Part shown: positions 17,401-24,628 of the stretch, in pieces
How positions within the stretch are numbered: the stretch's first letter is position 1
Layout: the number at the start of each line of letters is the position of its first letter
Source of the DNA: Terrimicrobiaceae bacterium
GTDB lineage: Bacteria > Verrucomicrobiota > Verrucomicrobiia > Chthoniobacterales > Terrimicrobiaceae
Assembly (NCBI GenBank): GCA_041752695.1
Contig: JBGSVZ010000049.1
Span: 1-26,073 of the forward strand
Direction: 5' to 3'
DNA length: 26,073 nucleotides
Notes under the pieces: generated by a model
Databases searched by the model: none
Told to the model about the DNA's origin: nothing
What the model saw: only the letters and a program-made list of their open reading frames with translations
Made by a program: the position numbers and the translations under genes

Positions 17401-17952
17401 GAAGTCGTGGAGCGTTTTCGTAAAGAGTTCGGCCTGGCCGGAAAGCCGACGGGATACTCTGTGCAAGTCGAAGCGGGGAAGATTAGCAGCCAAGTCTACA
17501 TCCTTACAGTCGATGGGACGAAGTCCCGAGCATTCAGCGGACGTTTGGAAGGCCGCCCGATGTCGGCACTACCGATCCGCGTGACTGGGCTGAATGACGG
17601 CTGGAGCGCCTGTCTCTTCGATTCGAAAGAGTTCAAGTCCCGACCACTGGGCGTGTTTGAGTCCTCGGCCTGGGCAACGGTTCCGGTGCACGGCCGCGTC
17701 GATCTGTTCGTGGGTCATCCGGTGATCTGCGACAAAGAGGAACTCTTCATTCAGGCGACGCCGATGGATCAGTCTTCGTGGCGGGTCGAAATGCACAACC
17801 CGACCGACGCCGAAATCACGACGACGGCCCAGGTCAATCCGAGTCTGCTCAACCGCATGTCCGCAGATCTGGTTTCGAAGGAACTCGTCATTCCCGCCGG
17901 GGCATCCGTGATATGGAATTTCAAGTCCGTTCGACCGGAATTGGCGGAGTAA
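14455..17952 (+). CDS. Large exported multidomain protein (1165 aa): class-I-glutamine-amidotransferase-like (flavodoxin-type) domain, degenerate PHP-like domain and beta-rich C-terminal region
   Basis: Signal peptide ...LMTRTFA|ED. YDVLVVIG, LNRFMEAGGGVLF and RQVGKGRLVFFG are GATase-like. GVIGARTSYSSG...VEAAKAAGLNFLVFLEDF and AIPGF are PHP-like. Confidence 0.7.
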   Translation: MKSLPPVLMLALCGLLTLMTRTFAEDEALPVRRPSVGFFGHFPAPSGPEIAGRLQADGFDLRRGADFKSAPITWDQVKRYDVLVVIGLGGSAGDGSLTEENRKNIEVLNRFMEAGGGVLFIPFWYQQDRFFGPMKAFLNPLGLDPLLMHVINDPNAVKGVTAWNLDFGYTEDLLTDSPITEGAKEVWLPVNLRTGVQQTSTPFVADDSWKIIVRAGEHSVAEAYDMAMRALPEQPIKRPPLLATRQVGKGRLVFFGIASPQFLLDPIAAATLEWITFEKGLNGKPSSGYVLLRNSLKWLAQPALENPELGGTGMDKSLLADPTKTVFIKPFDWRKEREPKPLDDWSGVIGARTSYSSGQATPDECVEAAKAAGLNFLVFLEDFAKLDEAKFQKLNSDCLRLTTPDFAAIPGFTIEDEAGYHYFYFGTEVKYPKKEIIDPEKKRLRAYDPGYNRQAPYIPGHLSMTTLDYVYTYGAHRLTAGNFLYSAAPFPVFFANAGAAGVVTRKNGKLVESKPEVLMELAAMGKSPVPVVVDLMDDPSYLKTTPWRTELRLPKGSDGTNPVVEWSNTWKGIFPNNPSTPSISSGPKIVLWATSGPRDYAGGLKGDFVTSDYRWRVHGIVEAAAGLKEVRIYDGPRLFRRFLPKGEPKFSFDIDLTHDRQHTLLLQVTDQNGGVAYSGDLIDRNHRLMEFSCSDQNNQLSYSFITDSNGHTINLGGNQPLSTPNLRVDPKQISPSGTFGNDKRLGTAAFDGTVGGAPTVYAPVAMVAENGLIPSPGLSRSERLLHTGDVAIGQGTWAHNFTDKVEALNVWRSLWMTEPARDFKVRKRNSFFQVDPDSPLAVFLWEFDIEILRDLPNRGFNLANIDPRDARIWAIRGGDALRVGTWEGPADVASPRREVEADLAIGDYVAALDSPLGGSAVFALSKGLLAKTSLPGKNRLELILSPGATPSKKGESAKASLLLLGIPRPVVGVSDKLPAGSTEVVERFRKEFGLAGKPTGYSVQVEAGKISSQVYILTVDGTKSRAFSGRLEGRPMSALPIRVTGLNDGWSACLFDSKEFKSRPLGVFESSAWATVPVHGRVDLFVGHPVICDKEELFIQATPMDQSSWRVEMHNPTDAEITTTAQVNPSLLNRMSADLVSKELVIPAGASVIWNFKSVRPELAE

Positions 17953-18072
17953 AATCATGAATCCAACCTTCGATAAACCCCAACACGAGACCCCAGACTC
18001 CATCTCGCCTCACCACGTGGCTTTTTGTCCAATCTAATGTAGGGTAATTATTGAAATCATCTCCAACCCATC

Positions 18073-18831
18073 ATGAGAGCCCAACTCAATTCTCTGCCCA
18101 CCCAAGGCCGATTCAAGTGTCTGGCATTTACGTTGATCGAACTTTTGGCGGTGATCCTGATTGTTTCAATCCTCGCCGCGCTCGGATTCCAGGGATTCAA
18201 AATCGGTGCGGCGAAGGCGCAGGAGGCAAAGTTTATTTCGAACCTCAGGCAGACGTCTGCCGCTCTCCTGATGCTCGCTGGAGAAAACGATGGAACGATT
18301 CTGCCTGCGCTCGACAAGACGGCCGGGTCCACGAGCATGTGGCAGTTGCGGCTGGCTCCTTATCTTGGTGAGGATTTTACGACTGCCGCCAAGTTTGATG
18401 ACCCTGCCTTGGTTCTTCGAAGCGTCATGCGGGACCCGGCAGATAGAACACTAACACCGCTGATGACACCGAATCGTCCAACAAGAAATATCGCGATCAA
18501 CGGAAATGCCAATATGGTAGACGCGCCCACAACTGGAGTAACGAACCGGAAACTTGGTTCAATAAAGTGGCCGTCAAAACTTGCCATGCTTGGCCCTGGT
18601 GCCTCAGCCTCCATCTCGACCGAATGGGGTAGCGGGGGAAAATTGCTGGCTTGGGAAATGAAAAATCAACCCTTGGGGGATTACTCGCGCTACGGTGAGT
18701 ATATGCATTTTGCGTTCGCTGATGGTCACATCGAAAAGGTTTCCTGGACCAAGGTGGAGGAGGAGTTGCAGCTCTCCACCTCGGGTCGCTCGGTTCTCTT
18801 TGATACGAAAGCTAATAATGGCGGCAACTGA
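18073..18831 (+). CDS. Prepilin-type N-terminal cleavage/methylation domain protein with an H-X9-DG-type C-terminal motif (PVC-type pseudopilin, DUF1559-like)
   Basis: CLA|FTLIELLAVILIVSILAAL, ISNLRQ and a C-terminal RYGEYMHFAFADGHIE motif. Confidence 0.93.
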   Translation: MRAQLNSLPTQGRFKCLAFTLIELLAVILIVSILAALGFQGFKIGAAKAQEAKFISNLRQTSAALLMLAGENDGTILPALDKTAGSTSMWQLRLAPYLGEDFTTAAKFDDPALVLRSVMRDPADRTLTPLMTPNRPTRNIAINGNANMVDAPTTGVTNRKLGSIKWPSKLAMLGPGASASISTEWGSGGKLLAWEMKNQPLGDYSRYGEYMHFAFADGHIEKVSWTKVEEELQLSTSGRSVLFDTKANNGGN

Positions 18832-18955
18832 GGCCTGCGTTTTCTTTAAAAACAGAGATTTAAAAAGAGTGTTTGTTCTTTTTCCCCGTGGTCGGAAGTT
18901 CAGAGTTTTTAGTCCAGTTGGCTTCCCATTAAACACTTAATTTGTATTTGGTTTT

Positions 18956-20722
18956 ATGCAACTCGCCTTATCTCACCTGGGATTTCGCCGGAATTCACCA
19001 AAGACGGTCACTCTCTGCCCTGATTCCGACTCTTCTGCTCTTCCGCGCCGCATACCATTTTACTTAAGACAGAATTGCTTTCGAATGCCGCGCGAACGCG
19101 TCGAACCGGAGGGGTTTTCCAAGCGCTTTCCGTGTCCATTTGACTTGCTGAAAGGCAAACTCATCCCGGATCCAGATTCCTTTTACTATGGGGGTGAGTT
19201 GGTCAAAGTCGAATCTCGCTGGGGCACATTTTGGCAGGCCGACTTCAGCGAATTCACCACCCCCGGAAGCTATCAGATCGAGACCGACTATCAGATTTCT
19301 GCTCCATTCATGATTGCAGACTGGATCTATGACCGGCTAACGAGGGGCTTTCTGGCTTTTCTGCATGCCCAGCGCTGTGGCTGTGAGATTCCAGGCGTGC
19401 ATCCCGCCTGTCATCTCGACGACGGAATCCTCGATACGGATGGCAGCTATTGGCCGGCATCCGGTGGATGGCACGATGCAGGGGACTTTCGGAAGTGGCT
19501 TTCACTTACTCAGGGGAATTTGGAATCCTTGATTCATGTCGCAAAATCTGGACACCCTGGCTTTCGCGAGTCAGCTTGCGAGGAGATTCGTTGGGGCAAC
19601 CGGCTCTTCCACCAGATGGTCACTCACGAGGGGCAGGTCTTTGAAGATGTGGGTGGAGGATCGGCTCCTCCGGAACTTGACCGTGTTTACGAGCGGGATT
19701 GGTGGTTCGAGAACCATCCTGGCTGTTACGGCAGTGCAAATGACAACCGGTGGACGGACAACCGACTGCACTCCGGCGATGAACGAATGGTGCGAACGAC
19801 CTATAACCCGCAGGTTCAGTTCGCATTTGTGCAGTTGCAATTGCAGTGCTCGCAAGTCCTGCCGGGTGCCGATGGCGTTATTTGCCGAGGGTTGGCGGAA
19901 CGGGCTTGGCGCTACGGGCGACAGCGAGGGCATTCTGGGGGCACGCTTTTCATCGCCCAGGAGCTTCTCGCCGCCTTGGAATTGCCGGAATTGGCCGGGA
20001 TCGAGTTGATTCGCGCTCTCACGGCGGAACTGTTGACCCGGCAGGAACACCGCGTCGAAGGCATCACCGGGTTTTTCTACGAAAAAAACCGTGCTGACGT
20101 TTATAGGAGTATTACCTATGCCGGACATCCTTTGTGGGCGTTACTTAGAGTCATTGAACTCGCCCTGCCGGGACTCGAAGCTGAAACGGCACTATGCGGG
20201 GAGGCCGTGGAGCTTTTCTGTAATGGTTATCTCGTTGGGGATGCCAGATCCAACCCCTTTGAGTTGACTCCCTATGGGGTGTTCAATGATCCCCCGCAGC
20301 CCGAACGGCAAATGTTCCGTGATGCCGGTGGCGGGCTTGGAATACGAAGCTTTATTCCCCCCTTTAACGCACAAGGAATCGCTCACGGCACAAGCAGCGT
20401 GGTGGCGGCTCATGCGGCCGTTCTGGCAAAGGCAGGTGCGCTGCTGATTGTTCCCGCATGGTCCAGCCTGGCTGAACGGCAGCTACAATGGATGGTCGGT
20501 CATAACACTTTAAACCGATCACTATACCACGGTATTGGATATCGTCAGCCGGTGGCTTACGGATTCCGCGTCACTCAAATTCCCGAAAGCACGATTGCCG
20601 GATTTATTGGCCGCCCAGATGACACACCTTATCTTGAGGAAAGTTTCGCGATCGAGTGGAACACGCTTGAGCATTTGGATGTTCCCTTTGCCCATGCCAT
20701 CAATGCGGTTTGCTGGCTTTAG
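18956..20722 (+). CDS. Glycoside hydrolase family 9 protein with N-terminal Ig-like domain, no signal peptide
   Basis: GGWHDAGDFRK (GH9 DAGD motif), LSHLGF and ADFSEFTTPGSYQI (CelD-N Ig-like), FLHAQRCG, QLQWMVGHN, and C-terminal WNTLE carrying the candidate catalytic Glu. Confidence 0.88.
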   Translation: MQLALSHLGFRRNSPKTVTLCPDSDSSALPRRIPFYLRQNCFRMPRERVEPEGFSKRFPCPFDLLKGKLIPDPDSFYYGGELVKVESRWGTFWQADFSEFTTPGSYQIETDYQISAPFMIADWIYDRLTRGFLAFLHAQRCGCEIPGVHPACHLDDGILDTDGSYWPASGGWHDAGDFRKWLSLTQGNLESLIHVAKSGHPGFRESACEEIRWGNRLFHQMVTHEGQVFEDVGGGSAPPELDRVYERDWWFENHPGCYGSANDNRWTDNRLHSGDERMVRTTYNPQVQFAFVQLQLQCSQVLPGADGVICRGLAERAWRYGRQRGHSGGTLFIAQELLAALELPELAGIELIRALTAELLTRQEHRVEGITGFFYEKNRADVYRSITYAGHPLWALLRVIELALPGLEAETALCGEAVELFCNGYLVGDARSNPFELTPYGVFNDPPQPERQMFRDAGGGLGIRSFIPPFNAQGIAHGTSSVVAAHAAVLAKAGALLIVPAWSSLAERQLQWMVGHNTLNRSLYHGIGYRQPVAYGFRVTQIPESTIAGFIGRPDDTPYLEESFAIEWNTLEHLDVPFAHAINAVCWL

Positions 20723-20727
20723 CATTT

Positions 20728-22674
20728 ATGGAGATCCTTTCCTCACGCATTGTCTGGTCTGGCACGGCTCCGGGCTCCATTGAAACCCATGACGATGGGT
20801 GGTACCAGGCCACATGGGCTGTCCCCGCCAACCGCCCTTTCGCTGCCTCCTGCCGACTCGCCTGTGCAGGAACAAAAGAGCCGTTCTGGTGCATGCCGGG
20901 TCTCTTCTGGGGTGATAACCAACAGGACAGCACGGGCCAGTATTATCCCCGTTTTCGGGCCGACCTCAGTCAACCGCAAAAATTTGAGAGCGCGTTTTGG
21001 GAATTTCACGTATTTCGTCTGGCACAGCCTTTGGCGGCAATGCATGACGGGACTGACTGGTGGATTCTGGAGGTTAAACCGGAGACCGGAGGACTCCATG
21101 CTAGCGTGGGGTTTGAGTTTGAAAGCGGCTGCCCGACGTTGGTGGCATCCCTTCCTGCCAACGAGCGTCCTTATCGCCCGGTGGGTCACGATTACACAAT
21201 GCCGGTCATCGGCATGTCCACCTCGGAAACCGCCAGAACAATTTCTTGGAGTTTTCGCGCCATGAAAATCACAGGTTATCGCACTGCGGTGCTCGATATT
21301 CTGGAAACGAATTATCATTCTACCCCAAGCCGACCAGTGTCAGCGACCTCGGCATCGGACTGCGGACAGGCCACACGGAATGCCCTTTTGCGTTGGCACT
21401 ACGATCCAAACAAACACTATTTTCGTTACACGGTGGCCTTCGACCGTGTCGGACAGCAAATCGCCGAGGCGCAGGGGGGCTCGCTGGACCGTCATGAAAT
21501 GCCTTTGGGATGGGTCAGTGGCTGGGTTGTTTTTGAAGCACTGTTGGATTGGGCCACGGCTCATGACGACAAGGTAGCTTTGTGCGCTGTGGAAGATACC
21601 TGGAAAGGCCTGGTCGCAGCCGGGGTCACGTCTCCCTGCGGATACTGGTGGACGCGCTATGATCCGCCGAGAAGCGAGACGCGCGGGCCTTTTGATTCCA
21701 GAACGTCAGATGGATTTGACGGAAATTGGATGGTTGACTCCAACCACCTTCACCTGCGCACCCTCGGTGACGCGGTTTGGCGGGCTACCCGCTCGCTAAG
21801 GAAGCATTCAGAGGTCCTGTCTTTCTCCAAATCCCTACTGGAGCAGGTAGTCACTCAAGCCAGTCATGTCGCTGGGCTGGTCCGTCAGGGGTGGCCGATT
21901 CCGTTGAGTGTGGACGCCCGCACGGGTGAACCGGCCGGATTGCGAGGCACGGCCGGAATGATCTGGATTTCCGTTTGGTCGGAACTTGTGGCACTCGGAT
22001 GTTGGGAAGATGTGGATCTCATCGCTATCGGACTCGATCACCACCGCGCCGATGTCGAATCTGGAGAACTCTTTGGAGCGCCGGAGGACGTGGGTGAATG
22101 CGTGACCTCCGAGGATATCTATATTGCTGTAAACACCTATCTCGACGGCTATCGCGTCACGAAACGGCCCGAGGATCTGGAGACGGCGGTTCATGCCGCT
22201 CGGTGGCTGTATGTCTGGCGCAAATCCTTCAATCACGTGTTTGATCCGCGAACCGTAATCGGGATTTACAACCTCAAAAGCCGGGGAGGGGATTTGGCAT
22301 CCTTTAAGAATAATCACCTCCATCTGTATGGGCTTGATGTGGAGGATAGTTTAGTAGAACTCTCGCGGTTGACCGGCGATGATCGCTGGCAGCAGCTCGC
22401 AGAAGACCACTGGGAATTTGCCGCTCAGTTGACTCCTTTGGTGGATGGGCACTTCAATGCTTATGAGGGGATGGTTACTGAGCAATTCTATTTCATTGAT
22501 TGGTCTGCGCTCAACAACTCGGTGCGGCTTTTCGAAAAGGACGAACATCGTTCCCACTATGACGTCGGACCGCACTATCGAAACTACGGCAACCTCGCCG
22601 GATTCTCTCATGCCTGGTGCACGGCGTTTGTTTTGCGCAGCGCGTTGAGACGGGAGGCGACCTCAAATTTATGA
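20728..22674 (+). CDS. Uncharacterised ~648-aa protein, probable six-hairpin (alpha/alpha)6 glycosidase-like
   Basis: Beta-rich N-terminus followed by Trp-rich helical hairpins such as YLDGYRVTKRPEDLETAVHAARWL and LVELSRLTGDDRWQQLA. Acidic motifs APED and TSED. ATGA overlap with the next gene. Confidence 0.68.
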   Translation: MEILSSRIVWSGTAPGSIETHDDGWYQATWAVPANRPFAASCRLACAGTKEPFWCMPGLFWGDNQQDSTGQYYPRFRADLSQPQKFESAFWEFHVFRLAQPLAAMHDGTDWWILEVKPETGGLHASVGFEFESGCPTLVASLPANERPYRPVGHDYTMPVIGMSTSETARTISWSFRAMKITGYRTAVLDILETNYHSTPSRPVSATSASDCGQATRNALLRWHYDPNKHYFRYTVAFDRVGQQIAEAQGGSLDRHEMPLGWVSGWVVFEALLDWATAHDDKVALCAVEDTWKGLVAAGVTSPCGYWWTRYDPPRSETRGPFDSRTSDGFDGNWMVDSNHLHLRTLGDAVWRATRSLRKHSEVLSFSKSLLEQVVTQASHVAGLVRQGWPIPLSVDARTGEPAGLRGTAGMIWISVWSELVALGCWEDVDLIAIGLDHHRADVESGELFGAPEDVGECVTSEDIYIAVNTYLDGYRVTKRPEDLETAVHAARWLYVWRKSFNHVFDPRTVIGIYNLKSRGGDLASFKNNHLHLYGLDVEDSLVELSRLTGDDRWQQLAEDHWEFAAQLTPLVDGHFNAYEGMVTEQFYFIDWSALNNSVRLFEKDEHRSHYDVGPHYRNYGNLAGFSHAWCTAFVLRSALRREATSNL

Positions 22675-23312
22675 AAATTCTCTTCCAGGGCGATTCGATC
22701 ACGGATGCATTTCGCAAGCCGGAAGAAATCAATCCGGCTTTTCAACTCGGCAATGGATATGTGTTTCTCATAGCGAGCCGCCTGGCCGCGCTTCATCCGA
22801 GGATGAAACTTGAATTCATCAATCGGGGCGTCAGTGGTCAGGGCGTGCAGCACTTGCAAGAGCGATGGAAGGAAGATGCCGTCGATCATCGGCCGGACAT
22901 TCTTTCGCTCTTCGTCGGCGTGAATGATGTCATCGGTCGCCGGGACCGGGAAGCCTGCCTCTCCGACGAGGGTTTGCTGAGCGGTTATCGCGGTCTGCTC
23001 GCCCCGTTGCGCCTCCAAAATGCGAATTGCCGATTCGTGTTGGTCGAGCCCTTTTTGCTGGACGCCGGCGAAGTCACGATGGCCTGGCGGGATCGTCTGC
23101 GTCCGATTCAAGCGGGGATCAGAACCATCGCAGAGGAGTGGAATGCAACGTTCCTCCCGCTTCAGCAGCGATTCGACGAAGCCCTCTTGCTGGCTCCTGC
23201 GGAATACTGGGCTTACGACGGGATTCATCCGACGCATGCCGGTTTTCAACTCATTGCTGACGAATGGTGTGCTTCTGTTCCTATTGCAACGCCGAGGCCA
23301 GCGACGACATGA
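22671..23312 (+). CDS. SGNH/GDSL hydrolase (likely carbohydrate esterase/deacetylase)
   Basis: All four blocks are present: FQGDSITD, NRGVSG, GVND and DGIHP. The ATG at 22671 overlaps the upstream stop. Confidence 0.95.
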   Translation: MKILFQGDSITDAFRKPEEINPAFQLGNGYVFLIASRLAALHPRMKLEFINRGVSGQGVQHLQERWKEDAVDHRPDILSLFVGVNDVIGRRDREACLSDEGLLSGYRGLLAPLRLQNANCRFVLVEPFLLDAGEVTMAWRDRLRPIQAGIRTIAEEWNATFLPLQQRFDEALLLAPAEYWAYDGIHPTHAGFQLIADEWCASVPIATPRPATT

Positions 23313-24628
23313 AACACTCCCCGGCAATGCCACCCGATCGGGAATCGTCGCAGCAATCGCTGGAGGTTGCGGCTTACTACGCGGACAAGCCGCTCATGTG
23401 GAGAAATGTCGCATTGATCGGATTATGCAACGTCGGTTGGAGTGTCGTCGGCACGGTCGTGGTTCCGCTCACCGCGTTGCGGTTACTTGAGTTGGGACTA
23501 CGCGAGAACCTTCAGGCGACGATCAACTCCGTCAACGCCTATGCGCTGTCATTTCTAGTGATGTATTTCGCTTGGAAGAGCGATCACACAGTGAGCCGCA
23601 TGGGCCGACGGAAGCCGTTTTTATTCCTTTCTGCGCCTTTCATCATTGCATCCATCGCGCTCTTTCCCGTTTTCGACGAGGCACATCTTCTATGGATGCT
23701 TGTTCTTCTCTATGTCGTGAAAATGTTCTTCATGGACATCAAGAGCAGCACGTTTCCGCTGCTCAACATCGACTGCGTGCCGAGGGATGTTCTGGCCCGG
23801 GCGAACTCCGTTCTGACGATTGCCAGTGGATTGGCGGGATTCTTCGCTATGCGCTACGTGGGAGACCTGAGCAACTTTGCGAGTTGGCTGCCGTTCGTTC
23901 TGGGAGCCGGGGTGATGACGTTGACTACGATCTGTGCCTGGTGGATCAAAGAGCCTCCGATCCGGCATCCCACCACGGAAAAGTTCAAGATTTGGTCGAC
24001 ATTCAAGGTTGCGTCCGGGGACAGGCGGATTTTTTGGCTAATGGCCGGCGTGGCCATGATCAATAGCTATACGACGATGAACACAACGTGGATCTGGTTT
24101 TGGGCGAAGGAGACACTTCAACTCGAAAAGGGCGAGATTTTTCAGGCACTGTCTTGGGCTGGGCTGTTAAATATAGTGCTTGCCTATCCGATAGGCTGGA
24201 TCATTGACCGGTTCGGAGGGCTGCGGGTGGTGATTCTCTTTTTCGTCGGTCAACTCGCATGTTTTCTCTGGGTATTGAATGTGAACGACAAGAGTGGACT
24301 AATTGTATTGTCCCTTGCAACCACGCTGATCGCTCCCCTCTATGCCGGAGCCGATATGATGATTTTCAAGAGCGCTCCCCGGAAGGATATCGGTTCGTAC
24401 ACATCGACAAACTCCTGCCTTCGAAACTTCTACAATGCGAGCCTTGGGCTGATCGCAGGCTGGACAATCTATGCTTCCGGGCATGATTTCGTCGTCGGAT
24501 TCTGGATTGGGATCGTCATGAGTGGAGTTGGAATACTCATGTTTTTTATCTATCACCGTTCCATGAATCGGCCCGCGGAGACGCTCGCACAGCCAAATCT
24601 TTTGAATGCACCTGAATATGGAAAATAA
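23309..24628 (+). CDS. MFS transporter (sugar/oligosaccharide type)
   Basis: About 12 hydrophobic segments, motif SDHTVSRMGRRKPF and its repeat GWIIDRFG. The ATG at 23309 overlaps the upstream stop. Confidence 0.93.
   Translation: MKHSPAMPPDRESSQQSLEVAAYYADKPLMWRNVALIGLCNVGWSVVGTVVVPLTALRLLELGLRENLQATINSVNAYALSFLVMYFAWKSDHTVSRMGRRKPFLFLSAPFIIASIALFPVFDEAHLLWMLVLLYVVKMFFMDIKSSTFPLLNIDCVPRDVLARANSVLTIASGLAGFFAMRYVGDLSNFASWLPFVLGAGVMTLTTICAWWIKEPPIRHPTTEKFKIWSTFKVASGDRRIFWLMAGVAMINSYTTMNTTWIWFWAKETLQLEKGEIFQALSWAGLLNIVLAYPIGWIIDRFGGLRVVILFFVGQLACFLWVLNVNDKSGLIVLSLATTLIAPLYAGADMMIFKSAPRKDIGSYTSTNSCLRNFYNASLGLIAGWTIYASGHDFVVGFWIGIVMSGVGILMFFIYHRSMNRPAETLAQPNLLNAPEYGK

Noticed and set aside
18832..18955. 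AT/T-rich spacer between the prepilin and GH9 genes
   Set aside because: It may contain a promoter, but I found no convincing hairpin, promoter pair or copy of the TATCA motif.
22608..23333. 241-aa minus-strand ORF
   Set aside because: It is antisense to the SGNH hydrolase, which has all four catalytic blocks.
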